DNA of 49,834 nt from Escherichia phage UP30. The position numbers were made by a program, and so were the translations under genes. Shown here piece by piece: positions 8,115-17,618 of this stretch. The stretch is from the sequence record OX638287, one strand, 5' to 3'. The notes beneath the pieces were generated by a model. The model was not told where the DNA came from. It saw only the letters and a program-made list of their open reading frames with translations, and did no database searches. How positions within the stretch are numbered: the first letter of the stretch is position 1; every line of letters begins with the position of its first letter.

Positions 8115-8317
8115 TGGATAATTTACCAAAGAAAGGCAATCAGGTTCGATGCATCACTTCACGCAATGGTGATGCTTTCTCGGCGGGATGTTTGTACGAC
8201 GTTGAAAAAGTCAGTAAAGCTAAGAGACTCGTATATGTGTACGGAGATGATGGAAACATGCATGAGATTGATTACCCGCAGGATATGAGTAAGGGTCAGT
8301 TTGAAATTAATGATTGA
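8114..8317 (+). CDS. hypothetical protein (67 aa)
   Basis: In-frame ATG within ORF 8057-8317, TAATG overlap with upstream stop. Confidence 0.45.
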   Translation: MDNLPKKGNQVRCITSRNGDAFSAGCLYDVEKVSKAKRLVYVYGDDGNMHEIDYPQDMSKGQFEIND

Positions 8318-8480
8318 CCTACATCCCTGAGCGGTGATAGTATTAATCCCGTAGACAGACGAGGCGCAACGAAGCGCAACGCGTGAGACGATTCTCACTC
8401 TTCCAGCTAACAAGCTCGGTTGCATAGTTGTTAAGCAACGCCGCAGACCCGTAAGCGGCAACAATTCAAGAGGATTGCAT

Positions 8481-8645
8481 AATGCAAAACACTAAAGACG
8501 AATCAGTCAAAATTGAAATTAAAGTAACTCGCAACGGCAAAACCACTCGTTATAAGAAACGTTTGAATCCGGGCGAGGCTGTTATTGGTCGCATTTCTGG
8601 CGTTATGATTAAGGCGCAGGAAGATGAAGCGATTCAAAGTTAAAT
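8481..8645 (+). CDS. putative small basic protein (54 aa)
   Basis: ATG after AAGAGGATTGCATA RBS; not in ORF track (<60 aa). Confidence 0.3.
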
Positions 8646-8659
8646 TAATCATTCGAAAG

Positions 8660-8809
8660 ATGGGGATGTTTTGCCAGTCGTGCAAGCAATCTTTCGAAAC
8701 TGAATTATCAGCAACCAGTCAGGAAGAGGCCATCACGAAAGCTAAGAAACTTTCTGGAGCCAATCTTGACACTCACAAAATAAACATTGAATTAATAAAG
8801 GAGATTTAA
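8660..8809 (+). CDS. putative small CxxC protein (49 aa)
   Basis: In-frame internal ATG of ORF 8624-8809; start uncertain. Confidence 0.3.
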   Translation: MGMFCQSCKQSFETELSATSQEEAITKAKKLSGANLDTHKINIELIKEI

Positions 8810-8810
8810 T

Positions 8811-9038
8811 ATGACCATTTTTTTATCGATTCTTGCTGGTGTCGTTATTTTTGGTGCTGGTTTGTTTGCTGGCTTCGCACTTGTTGCGGCCGCAATTGCG
8901 ATGGACGCGAAGGATAAGACTGGCGTATGGCTGACCTACTCACCTAAGAAGGACCAATGGGAAATGTTTGGCGACTTTGCTCACTGCTACTCTAAAGCTC
9001 AGACCCACCCTAAAGGAATTAAGCGACGATTGTCGTGA
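8811..9038 (+). CDS. small membrane protein (75 aa)
   Basis: Hydrophobic N-terminal half; followed by intrinsic terminator. Confidence 0.5.
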   Translation: MTIFLSILAGVVIFGAGLFAGFALVAAAIAMDAKDKTGVWLTYSPKKDQWEMFGDFAHCYSKAQTHPKGIKRRLS

Positions 9039-9047
9039 TAAACACTA

Positions 9048-9070
9048 ACCCGCTTCGGCGGGTTTTTTTA
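9048..9070 (+). terminator. intrinsic terminator at end of early block
   Basis: cccgc-ttcg-gcggg then T7. Confidence 0.7.
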
Positions 9071-9081
9071 TGCCTGCAATA

Positions 9082-9107
9082 TGGTAAAATAGCACTAAAT
9101 GTTAAAC
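9082..9107 (+). promoter_or_regulatory. terS promoter: extended -10 TGgTAAAAT directly followed by dyad box
   Basis: TGGTAAAAT 9082-9090; tagcactaaatgttaaac 9090-9107; ATG 9123. Confidence 0.45.
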
Positions 9108-9122
9108 AAAGAGGATGTATTT

Positions 9123-9647
9123 ATGAGTGAACCTAAGAATGCTCCCGTAGTCCAGGGAGGTAATTTCAAAGAGCTATACAAGAAAAAGTTCGGCACTGTT
9201 CTTGCGAAGAACCGGGCAATGACGCCTGAGCAATTATTCGATCTATCAGTGAAGTACTTTGAATGGGCCGAAGATAATGCGATTAAGGCGTCTGAGTCTG
9301 CCAGCTTCCAGGGTGGCGTTTACGAGTCACTTGTTCATAAACCTCGCGTCTTCACCTGGACCGGATACCGACTATTCATCGGCGCAAGCGAGGCCGCGAT
9401 CATTAAATGGAAGCGCGAGGAGGAATACAGTGAGGTTATGGAGTTCGTGGAATCCGTAATCAACGAGCAAAAATTCCAACTTGCCGCCAACGGTGTTATT
9501 AACGCCTCCTTTATCGGTAAGGATTTAGGGATCGATAAGCCAGCTTCAATCAATATCGAAAACTCGGCAGCTTCCGCGTCGACCGCCGTCGCCACTACTG
9601 AGGACGCAATGAAAGAGGCAGTAAACAGCATTCTTGATATGCTTTAA
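9123..9647 (+). CDS. terS: terminase small subunit (putative)
   Basis: Position immediately upstream of TerL; size; ATG 9123 with AAAGAGGA RBS (track ORF starts at 9099 inside the box). Confidence 0.5.
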   Translation: MSEPKNAPVVQGGNFKELYKKKFGTVLAKNRAMTPEQLFDLSVKYFEWAEDNAIKASESASFQGGVYESLVHKPRVFTWTGYRLFIGASEAAIIKWKREEEYSEVMEFVESVINEQKFQLAANGVINASFIGKDLGIDKPASINIENSAASASTAVATTEDAMKEAVNSILDML

Positions 9648-9686
9648 CGTTACGGGCGTGCAAGCGCCCATACAGGAGACTTGATT

Positions 9687-11255
9687 ATGATTCAATGGGA
9701 AGAACTCGACGCAACTCAGAAGTTGGCGATCAAGAAAATGAGCGAGGCCAATTTCGAAAAAATGATTCGGATCTGGTTCCAGCTTATGCAGGCTCAGCAG
9801 TTCCAGCCTAACTGGCATCACCTTTACCTATGTCACGAAGTGGAGGAAATTATTGCAGGCCGACGCGGGAACACTATCTTTAACGTCACTCCAGGCTCCG
9901 GTAAAACTGAGGTATTCTCAATTCACCTTCCTGTATACGCGATGCTCAAGTGTAAGAAGGTGCGAAACCTTAACGTGTCGTTTGCCGACAGTCTGGTGAA
10001 GCGTAACAGTAAGCGCGTGCGTGAGATTATCAGCAGCAACGAGTTCCAGGAGCTATGGCCTTGCAAGTTTGGCACATCGAAAGACGAAGAGATGCAAGTG
10101 CTTAATGACGATGGAAAGGTTTGGTTTGAGTTAATCTCCGCTGCGGCTGGCGGTCGTATTACTGGTTCGCGTGGTGGCTACATGATGCCGGGATTTTCCG
10201 GGATGGTAATGCTCGACGATATCGACAAGCCTGATGATATGTTCTCAAAGGTTAAGCGTGAGCGTACGCATATGCTATTGAAGAACACCATTCGATCCCG
10301 TCGTATGCATAACGAAACTCCAATTATCGCAATACAGCAGCGACTACACGCACAAGATTCGACGTGGTTCATGATGAATGGCGGCATGGGTATTGAGTTC
10401 GATCAGATCTCAATTCCGGCACTAGTAACTGAAGAGTACGGCAAGACGCTTCCTGACTGGTTACAGCCTTACTTTGAGCGCGACGTTTTGTCGTCTGAAT
10501 ATGTAGAGTTGGATGGAGTTAAGCATTACTCATTCTGGCCCAGCAAGGAAAGCGTTCACGACCTGTTAGCGCTTCGAGAAGCGGACCAGTATACCTTTGA
10601 CTCTCAGTATCAGCAGAAGCCGATCGCGCTTGGTGGCTCCGTGTTTAACTCTGAGTGGTGGACTTATTACGGTAGCAGCCTTGACGCTGACGAGCCAGAT
10701 CCGGGTAAATATGATTACCGTTTTATCACTGCCGATACCGCTCAGAAGACAGGCGAGCTAAACGACTACACGGTCTTTTGTTTGTGGGGCAAGAAAAACG
10801 ATAAGGTTTACTTTATTGACGGCATTCGCGGTAAGTGGGAAGCGCCTGATATGGAGAAACAATTTACCGCATTCGTTAATCAGGCGTGGAGACACAATAA
10901 ATCAATGGGTGTGCTTCGCAAAATTTACGTGGAAGATAAAGCGAGCGGTACGGGGCTGATCCAGAATCTCAGGAAAAAGACCCCGATCTCTATCACTCCA
11001 TTGCAGCGTAACAAAGACAAAGTTACCCGCGCGATGGATGCTCAGCCAGTCATCAAGGCTGGGCGCGTAGTTCTTCCAGAAGAGCACCCTATGCTCGCGG
11101 AAATTATCGCAGAACATAGCGCGTTCACTTACGATGACACGCATCCGCACGACGATATTGTCGATAACTTCATGGACGCTGCAAACATTGAGCTACTGAC
11201 AATTGACGATCCTATCGAGCGAATGAAGCGACTCGCCGGGATGGTTAAGCGGTAA
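9687..11255 (+). CDS. terL: terminase large subunit
   Basis: ~520 aa, N-terminal ATPase region (TPGSGKTE), position before portal; ATG 9687 after AGGAG. Confidence 0.8.
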   Translation: MIQWEELDATQKLAIKKMSEANFEKMIRIWFQLMQAQQFQPNWHHLYLCHEVEEIIAGRRGNTIFNVTPGSGKTEVFSIHLPVYAMLKCKKVRNLNVSFADSLVKRNSKRVREIISSNEFQELWPCKFGTSKDEEMQVLNDDGKVWFELISAAAGGRITGSRGGYMMPGFSGMVMLDDIDKPDDMFSKVKRERTHMLLKNTIRSRRMHNETPIIAIQQRLHAQDSTWFMMNGGMGIEFDQISIPALVTEEYGKTLPDWLQPYFERDVLSSEYVELDGVKHYSFWPSKESVHDLLALREADQYTFDSQYQQKPIALGGSVFNSEWWTYYGSSLDADEPDPGKYDYRFITADTAQKTGELNDYTVFCLWGKKNDKVYFIDGIRGKWEAPDMEKQFTAFVNQAWRHNKSMGVLRKIYVEDKASGTGLIQNLRKKTPISITPLQRNKDKVTRAMDAQPVIKAGRVVLPEEHPMLAEIIAEHSAFTYDDTHPHDDIVDNFMDAANIELLTIDDPIERMKRLAGMVKR

Positions 11256-11273
11256 TAAATGAGATATAATCAA

Positions 11274-11298
11274 GGCTGTCAATTGACGGCCTTTTTTA
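11274..11298 (+). terminator. terminator/attenuator between terL and portal
   Basis: ggctgtc-aatt-gacggcc then T6. Confidence 0.45.
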
Positions 11299-11309
11299 TT
11301 GGAGGAAAC

Positions 11310-12593
11310 ATGAAAATTGTTAAGCATGATGGATATAACGATATCTTTAACGGCGGTGCGGACGGTTCACCTAAGCCATTTTTTATGTCAGATGCATCAT
11401 ATCACGTAGGATCTTTCTACAATGACAATGCCACGGCAAAGCGTATTGTAGATGTGATTCCTGAAGAGATGGTGACGGCTGGGTTTAAAATATCAGGCGT
11501 TAAGGATGAGAAAGAATTCAAATCTCTGTGGGATAGTTACAAAATTGATCCTAGCTTGGTTGACGTTCTTTGCTGGGCGCGCCTATACGGTGGAGCGGCT
11601 ATTGTAGCGATCATTAATGACAACAGAATGCTAACCAGTCCAGTTAAGCCTGGAGCTAAACTTGAAGGTGTGCGTGTTTACGATAGGTTCGCAATTACAA
11701 TCGAAAAAAGAGTAACCAATGCGCGATCGCCTCGCTATGGTGAGCCTGAGATCTATAAGGTGTCTCCTGGTGACAATATTCAACCTTACTTAATCCACCA
11801 CACGAGAATTTTCATTACTGATGGTGAGAGAGTTACCCCTCAGATGCGGAAGCAGAATCAGGGGTGGGGCGCTTCAGTTTTGAATAAGTCACTGATTGAT
11901 GCAATCTGCGACTACGACTATTGCGAATCACTTGCGACTCAGATCCTGCGGCGTAAGCAACAGGCGGTATGGAAGGTCAAAGGTCTTGCCGAAATGTGCG
12001 ATGATGACGATGCTCAGTATGCGGCGCGTCTGCGACTTGCTCAGGTTGATGATAACTCAGGCGTAGGCCGCGCGATCGGTATCGATGCTGAGACGGAAGA
12101 ATACGATGTTCTAAACTCTGATATCAGCGGAGTACCTGAGTTCTTGTCAAGCAAGATGGATCGTATTGTTTCCCTTTCCGGGATTCATGAGATTATCATC
12201 AAAAATAAGAACGTAGGCGGCGTATCAGCGAGCCAAAACACAGCGCTTGAGACTTTCTATAAGTTGGTAGATCGTAAGCGTGAGGAAGATTATAGACCGC
12301 TTCTTGAGTTCTTGTTGCCGTTCATTGTTGACGAGGAAGAGTGGTCGATCGAGTTCGAGCCGTTGTCGGTCCCGAGCAAGAAAGAAGAATCCGAGATTAC
12401 GAAGAACAATGTTGAGTCTGTGACGAAAGCTATCACTGAGCAAATCATCGATCTGGAAGAGGCTCGCGATACGTTGCGCTCTATCGCTCCTGAGTTTAAA
12501 CTCAAGGACGGTAATAACATTAACATTCGCGAACCAGAAGAAACAACCGAGCCGGAACCGGGATTAGGGGAGAAGTTAGAAGATGAAAATTAA
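11310..12593 (+). CDS. portal protein
   Basis: 427 aa directly after TerL, acidic C-terminus; ATG 11310 after GGAGGAAACA (track ORF starts inside upstream hairpin). Confidence 0.75.
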   Translation: MKIVKHDGYNDIFNGGADGSPKPFFMSDASYHVGSFYNDNATAKRIVDVIPEEMVTAGFKISGVKDEKEFKSLWDSYKIDPSLVDVLCWARLYGGAAIVAIINDNRMLTSPVKPGAKLEGVRVYDRFAITIEKRVTNARSPRYGEPEIYKVSPGDNIQPYLIHHTRIFITDGERVTPQMRKQNQGWGASVLNKSLIDAICDYDYCESLATQILRRKQQAVWKVKGLAEMCDDDDAQYAARLRLAQVDDNSGVGRAIGIDAETEEYDVLNSDISGVPEFLSSKMDRIVSLSGIHEIIIKNKNVGGVSASQNTALETFYKLVDRKREEDYRPLLEFLLPFIVDEEEWSIEFEPLSVPSKKEESEITKNNVESVTKAITEQIIDLEEARDTLRSIAPEFKLKDGNNINIREPEETTEPEPGLGEKLEDEN

Positions 12594-13344
12594 TGGCGTT
12601 GCTACTCAGTGGCGCTATCCTGAAATGAGTGAGCGTGCAATGTCGCGCTCCCTACAGGATGTAGCAGCCAAACTAACTGAAAAAATGCGTAACGAATTAA
12701 AGCCGATGAAATTTGATGCTACCGACGAAGAGATAGATCAGGCAGAAAGGTCATTGCTTGATTACGTTGAATCGCTCATCGCGCCGATTATCGGATCTCT
12801 ATCATCCGTTGCGCTCACGATCTATAAATTCAACTCTAAGCAGTGGCTGCGCATCGCTCGCAATGCTGGAGGTAAGAAGAATCAAGCTGTTATGCTACTT
12901 GCCCTGATTGGTCCCACCGCTGCCGAAAGCTGGTACTCAGGACAATATAATCTGTGGCGATCGCAGGTGACTACTTCTATCAGGAAATTTGCTGCCAACA
13001 TGGTTACTGATTTCACTGATAAACTTCGTGCAGCATCCGGTCAGGGTAAAAGCAAGGATTTCGTGGCTGAACTGGTTAAGGAGCGATTTGGCATTTACCG
13101 AAATTGGGCCAAAAACAGAGCGTCGGGAATCGTCGGAACGTGGAACAGTAGACTGATGCGGCAACGCATAAAAGACGCTGGAGTATCTTGCTACTTCTGG
13201 CGCGGGGTGATGGATTTACGCGAACGTGAAAAACATGTAAGATGGGAAGGTAAGCGCATAGCGGTAGATTCTGATCATGTATTCCCTGGTGAAGAATACA
13301 ATTGCCGTTGTTGGGCTGTTCCAGACTTTTCTACAGGAGATTAA
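12583..13344 (+). CDS. head morphogenesis protein (Mu F / SPP1 gp7-like)
   Basis: Position after portal; C-terminal HVFPGEEYNCRCW motif. Confidence 0.65.
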   Translation: MKINGVATQWRYPEMSERAMSRSLQDVAAKLTEKMRNELKPMKFDATDEEIDQAERSLLDYVESLIAPIIGSLSSVALTIYKFNSKQWLRIARNAGGKKNQAVMLLALIGPTAAESWYSGQYNLWRSQVTTSIRKFAANMVTDFTDKLRAASGQGKSKDFVAELVKERFGIYRNWAKNRASGIVGTWNSRLMRQRIKDAGVSCYFWRGVMDLREREKHVRWEGKRIAVDSDHVFPGEEYNCRCWAVPDFSTGD

Positions 13345-13346
13345 AA

Positions 13347-14459
13347 ATGAAGGCAAAGCAAAGATTCGATTCGGTAAAAATCAAGGCGCATTTTGATGAT
13401 AATGGTTTTTTGGTTGACCGTCCCATCGTAGCGCGAATCGGTGCTCAGGTTTACAAAACGCCACACGGAGATCGCGTTGAGTTTCGTCCTGCGTCCGAAG
13501 TGTTCAAACAAGACTCATTGCAAAGTTTTGCAGGCAAGCCGATTACAGTCGGGCACGTAACGGTGACGCCAAAAAATGCTAAGGATGTTGTTGTCGGATC
13601 GTGTGCTGGTGCTGGTATTGCTTCAGGGGTTGGTGTTGAAGTTCCTTTGAGTATTTACAGTGAATACGCGATCGGTAAGGCAAAAGCGAAGGAGGCCGGG
13701 GAATTGTCAGTTGGCTACACGTCAGTTGATATTGATAAACCTGGTTGGGGTTCAAACGAAACTGGAGAATATATCTTCGAAGAGGATATGAAACAGGATG
13801 AAGCGCCGCCTGAAGGATGGGTGAAGTTCGACGCGGTACAGACCAATATTAAGGTCAATCATATCGCCCTGGTCTTCAAAGGTCGTGCGGGAATTGCTAA
13901 ATTAAACCTTGATGCCGAACAGGAATTTCCGTATGATAATAACGTTCAATCAACCAACGAGGACAAGCAAATGAAAAAAATTAAGATCGATTCAGTTGAT
14001 GTGGAAGTAACCGAAGACGTTGCGAACCATATCGAAAAGTTAACCGCACAGATCGCTACCATTCAGGGCAAAGCTGATGGTTTCGAAGCAGAACGCGACG
14101 CGCTCAAGGTCAAGGTTGACTCTCTACCGGAACTGGTAAAAGCAGAAGTGGAGAAGCAGAAAGCTGACGCAGCCGCACGCGCAGAAGTCACGGCAGTAGC
14201 AGAAACCGCAGGCGTTAAGCATGACGGCCTTGAAATCAAAGACGTTAAGGTGGCGGTTGTGAAAGCAATGCTGAACAAAGACGTTAGCGAAAAATCTGAT
14301 GCATACATCGACGCCATGTTTGATGTTGCTAAGGATTCTGATATTATGGCTATTCAGCGTAAAGCGGTAAAAGGCGACTCTATCGAAGACGGCAAGCCGG
14401 AAGAGAAAAACGACGCCGCGCCTGTTACGCCAAATTCACGTTTAAGTAAAGTAATGTAA
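13347..14459 (+). CDS. putative prohead protease / scaffold protein (370 aa)
   Basis: Position between head morphogenesis gene and capsid-region genes; Lys/Glu/Ala-rich coiled-coil-like C-terminus. Confidence 0.45.
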   Translation: MKAKQRFDSVKIKAHFDDNGFLVDRPIVARIGAQVYKTPHGDRVEFRPASEVFKQDSLQSFAGKPITVGHVTVTPKNAKDVVVGSCAGAGIASGVGVEVPLSIYSEYAIGKAKAKEAGELSVGYTSVDIDKPGWGSNETGEYIFEEDMKQDEAPPEGWVKFDAVQTNIKVNHIALVFKGRAGIAKLNLDAEQEFPYDNNVQSTNEDKQMKKIKIDSVDVEVTEDVANHIEKLTAQIATIQGKADGFEAERDALKVKVDSLPELVKAEVEKQKADAAARAEVTAVAETAGVKHDGLEIKDVKVAVVKAMLNKDVSEKSDAYIDAMFDVAKDSDIMAIQRKAVKGDSIEDGKPEEKNDAAPVTPNSRLSKVM

Positions 14460-14470
14460 GGAGAAAAATT

Positions 14471-14947
14471 ATGGCACAGATTAACGCATCTTATCAGCGC
14501 GACATGGCGATCGCCCTTCCGGGTATGGTTGCTGACACTTCCAAATACAACATCGACGGCGCTTGTGTCGTTAACGAAGGTGATGTTTTTGTTGGTGCTG
14601 CTGTTCAGGTTGTCCAAGCTCAGGCTGTTGATGGTCATAAACTGGTTAAGGCTATGGAAGCGTCTAAAGTACCGTACGGCGTAGCGATTCGTTCTCACTG
14701 GCAGACTGTCAACGCTCAAAACCAGATGGTTTATGAAGAAGGTGGCGCAATCAACGTAATGACCTCCGGGCGAGTCTGGATGCTTTCAAAATCAGAAGAA
14801 GCACCAACTTTCGGAACTGCTGTTAAGTTAGATGTTGATGGTCAGGAAAAATCTGATGGCACGATCGAAACTACCTGGACTTACGCTGGCGGCTGGACTA
14901 AATACAAAGACATTCAGCTTGTAGAAGTTCAGTTGCATCAACTGTAA
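14471..14947 (+). CDS. head protein, paralog A (158 aa), possible decoration protein
   Basis: Shares TSxYNIDGACV...PYGxAxRS...GRxWxL...EAP block with the next gene. Confidence 0.5.
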   Translation: MAQINASYQRDMAIALPGMVADTSKYNIDGACVVNEGDVFVGAAVQVVQAQAVDGHKLVKAMEASKVPYGVAIRSHWQTVNAQNQMVYEEGGAINVMTSGRVWMLSKSEEAPTFGTAVKLDVDGQEKSDGTIETTWTYAGGWTKYKDIQLVEVQLHQL

Positions 14948-15007
14948 TTAGCGTTTAATATGGGGACTATCCTTTTTGGATGGTCCTTTTTTTATGGAGA
15001 AATAATT

Positions 15008-15772
15008 ATGGCTTACGAAAATTTAATGTTGCGCCCGGCGTGTCCTGGAAATCTTTCCGATACTTCAACCTACAATATTGATGGTGCTTGCGTTGCGCAG
15101 GGTGATATTGAGTTCGGCTCGGCGGTACAGGTTATCGGGATCGTTGATGGTGTTAAAGTCGTTACGGCGCTTACTGATGGTGGAACTCCTTACGGTATAG
15201 CTTTCCGTTCCCAATATGAACACCTGAGCGGTAAAATCTTAGACGGCGAAGTGTGCAACGTAGTTTCTTACGGTCGAATGTGGACGCTTACTTCTCTTGA
15301 TGAGGCTCCCGGCTTATTCTCAAAGTTGCAATTTGGATCTGGTGGCGTTGTTACTGGTGGATCTGGTTCCGTAGGTTGGACCTTCGCGGGTGGATTTGTT
15401 AAGCATGAAGACGGCTACATCATTGAGGTTCAGGTGAAACAAAATGCTTTCATCGTCCCACCGCCGCCTCCAGTTGTTCTTGTTGAATCAGCTACGATCA
15501 CTACCGACAAGGAAAGTCCTCAGCCTAACAACGTTACGATTCAGTGCGTAGCTAATGTTCTTCCTGTGAACGCTGATGATAAAACTGGCAAGTGGTCAAT
15601 TGACGCCACCAACATTGCTACTGTGGATCCGGACTCAGGTTTGGTTACTCCTGTAGGTGGAGAAGTCGTCGGTAACTTCAATATCACATGGACGGCTAAC
15701 GACGCCAGCAAGACGAAGGCAACTATTGCCTATCGCGTAGAAGCGGCTCCAACTCCAGAAGGTGAGTCATAA
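15008..15772 (+). CDS. head protein, paralog B with C-terminal Ig-like (Big_2-type) domain
   Basis: N-terminal paralogy to 14471-14947; PPPPP linker then Ig-like domain; ATG 15008 after GGAGAAATAATT. Confidence 0.5.
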   Translation: MAYENLMLRPACPGNLSDTSTYNIDGACVAQGDIEFGSAVQVIGIVDGVKVVTALTDGGTPYGIAFRSQYEHLSGKILDGEVCNVVSYGRMWTLTSLDEAPGLFSKLQFGSGGVVTGGSGSVGWTFAGGFVKHEDGYIIEVQVKQNAFIVPPPPPVVLVESATITTDKESPQPNNVTIQCVANVLPVNADDKTGKWSIDATNIATVDPDSGLVTPVGGEVVGNFNITWTANDASKTKATIAYRVEAAPTPEGES

Positions 15773-15784
15773 CACAAAAATGCT

Positions 15785-15812
15785 TTGACGCTTTAACAAA
15801 AAGTGCTATTAT
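15785..15812 (+). promoter_or_regulatory. strong sigma70-type promoter of capsid gene (TTGACG-16-TGcTATTAT) with inverted box in spacer
   Basis: -35 15785-15790, -10 15807-15812; box ttaacaaaaagtgctatta 15793-15811. Confidence 0.55.
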
Positions 15813-15816
15813 TGAA

Positions 15817-15845
15817 GCCGTGAACATAATCACGGCTTTTTTATT
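15817..15845 (+). terminator. hairpin + U-run in capsid gene 5' leader
   Basis: gccgtga-acataa-tcacggc then T6. Confidence 0.45.
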
Positions 15846-15863
15846 AACTAAGGAGAAATAATT

Positions 15864-16823
15864 ATGGCTACTAAAAAATTTGATGAAGCAGACAAAAGCA
15901 ATGTCGAAATGTATCTGATCCAGGCTGGCGTAAAGCAGGATGCAGCAGCAACTATGGGTATCTGGACCGCTCAGGAACTACACCGCATCAAAAACCAGTC
16001 TTACGAAGAAGATTACCCTGTCGGCTCCGCGCTGCGAGTATTCCCGGTTACTACCGATCTTTCTCCGACTGACAAGACTTTCGAATACATGACCTTTGAT
16101 AAGGTTGGCACGGCTCAGATTATCGCGGACTACACCGACGACCTGCCGCTTGTTGATGCCCTGGGCACTTCTGAGTTCGGTAAAGTGTTCCGTTTGGGTA
16201 ACGCGTATCTGATCTCAATCGACGAAATCAAAGCGGGTCAGGCAACTGGTCGCCCACTGTCAACTCGTAAGGCAAGTGCATGTCAGTTAGCGCATGACCA
16301 ACTGGTTAACCGTCTGGTGTTCAAAGGTTCCGTGCCGCACAAGATCGTGTCCGTGTTCAATCATCCGAACATCACCAAAATTACCTCCGGTAAGTGGATG
16401 GATGGCGCAACTCAGAAACCGGAAACAGCAGAAGCTGAATTGACTCAGGCAATCGAAACCATCGAGACGATTACTCGCGGTCAGCATCGTGCAACCAACA
16501 TTCTGATCCCGCCGTCCATGCGTAAGGTATTGGCTATTCGTATGCCTGAGACTACCATGTCTTATCTGGACTACTTCAAGTCTCAGAATGCTGGTATCGA
16601 GATCGACTCTATCGCAGAGCTTGAAGATATCGACGGCGCGGGTACTAAAGGTGTGCTGGTTTACGAAAAGAATCCGATGAACATGTCCATCGAGATCCCG
16701 GAAGCATTCAACATGCTGCCAGCACAGCCGAAAGACTTGCACTTTAAAGTGCCTTGCACCTCTAAGTGTACTGGTCTTACAATTTATCGCCCGATGACTA
16801 TTGTCTTAATCACTGGCGTGTAA
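15864..16823 (+). CDS. major capsid protein (putative)
   Basis: 319 aa, strong promoter upstream and strong terminator downstream, position in head module. Confidence 0.65.
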   Translation: MATKKFDEADKSNVEMYLIQAGVKQDAAATMGIWTAQELHRIKNQSYEEDYPVGSALRVFPVTTDLSPTDKTFEYMTFDKVGTAQIIADYTDDLPLVDALGTSEFGKVFRLGNAYLISIDEIKAGQATGRPLSTRKASACQLAHDQLVNRLVFKGSVPHKIVSVFNHPNITKITSGKWMDGATQKPETAEAELTQAIETIETITRGQHRATNILIPPSMRKVLAIRMPETTMSYLDYFKSQNAGIEIDSIAELEDIDGAGTKGVLVYEKNPMNMSIEIPEAFNMLPAQPKDLHFKVPCTSKCTGLTIYRPMTIVLITGV

Positions 16824-16830
16824 TATCATA

Positions 16831-16861
16831 GGGGCTAACTTAGTTAGTCCCTTTTTTTTTA
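16831..16861 (+). terminator. strong intrinsic terminator after capsid gene
   Basis: 8-bp stem, then T9. Confidence 0.75.
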
Positions 16862-16875
16862 TTGGAGAAATCAAA

Positions 16876-17163
16876 ATGGCTAAAGAAAAAACTGTTGTTA
16901 TCGTAAACGTTGGTGTAGCTCTTCAAATGTTCCGTCTTGAAGATGGTTCATTTGCTAAAGTTCTTCCAGATGAAGAGGTCACGCTTCCGGCGTCCGTTCT
17001 TGATTTACCTGGCCTGCGTTGCTTAATTGCTCGCGAAGAAATCGAAGTTAAAGACGATAGTGCAACCAACCGCAAAATCCGCGATGAAATGGCAAAGATC
17101 ACGAAGCCAGATCCGTGGGATAGCAAAAGCGTTAAAGAGCTTGAGGACGGCGGCGAATATTAA
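16876..17163 (+). CDS. hypothetical structural protein (95 aa)
   Basis: ORF bracketed by two terminators within the head module. Confidence 0.5.
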   Translation: MAKEKTVVIVNVGVALQMFRLEDGSFAKVLPDEEVTLPASVLDLPGLRCLIAREEIEVKDDSATNRKIRDEMAKITKPDPWDSKSVKELEDGGEY

Positions 17164-17169
17164 TCATCA

Positions 17170-17196
17170 AGGCGCTCATGTAGCGCCTTTTTTTAT
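17170..17196 (+). terminator. intrinsic terminator
   Basis: aggcgct-catgt-agcgcct then T7. Confidence 0.7.
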
Positions 17197-17207
17197 GGAG
17201 GTAAATT

Positions 17208-17618
17208 ATGAATCAAGAAACTTTAATTGCAGTTGTTGAGCAGATGCGAAAGCTGGTTCCGGCACTTCGTAAGGTTCCAGATGAAACGCTTTATGCATGG
17301 GTAGAAATGGCTGAGCTATTCGTCTGCCATAAGACCTTCAAAGATGCATACGTCAAAGCGCTTGCTCTTTATGCATTGCATCTTGCCTTCCTTGATGGCG
17401 CGCTAAAAGGTGAAGATGAAGATCTGGAGTCTTACTCACGACGCGTTACGTCATTCTCCCTGAGTGGTGAATTTAGCCAGACTTTCGGAGAGGTTACGAA
17501 GAACCAGTCAGGGAACGTGATGCTTTCAACGCCGTGGGGTAAGATGTTTGAACAGCTTAAAGCGCGCCGCCGTGGTCGATTTGCATTAATGACCGGACTC
17601 CGTGGAGGATGCCACTAA
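17208..17618 (+). CDS. head-tail connector/adaptor (putative)
   Basis: Position and size. Confidence 0.45.
   Translation: MNQETLIAVVEQMRKLVPALRKVPDETLYAWVEMAELFVCHKTFKDAYVKALALYALHLAFLDGALKGEDEDLESYSRRVTSFSLSGEFSQTFGEVTKNQSGNVMLSTPWGKMFEQLKARRRGRFALMTGLRGGCH

Noticed and set aside
9259-9459. Alternative-frame ORF inside the terS region
   Set aside because: Embedded in the longer ORF that has the RBS and promoter; Arg/Ser-rich low-complexity translation.
14063-16742. Minus-strand ORFs inside the head module (14063-14317, 14354-14719, 16287-16742)
   Set aside because: Antisense to long well-supported genes, with no RBS or promoter module; typical shadow ORFs.
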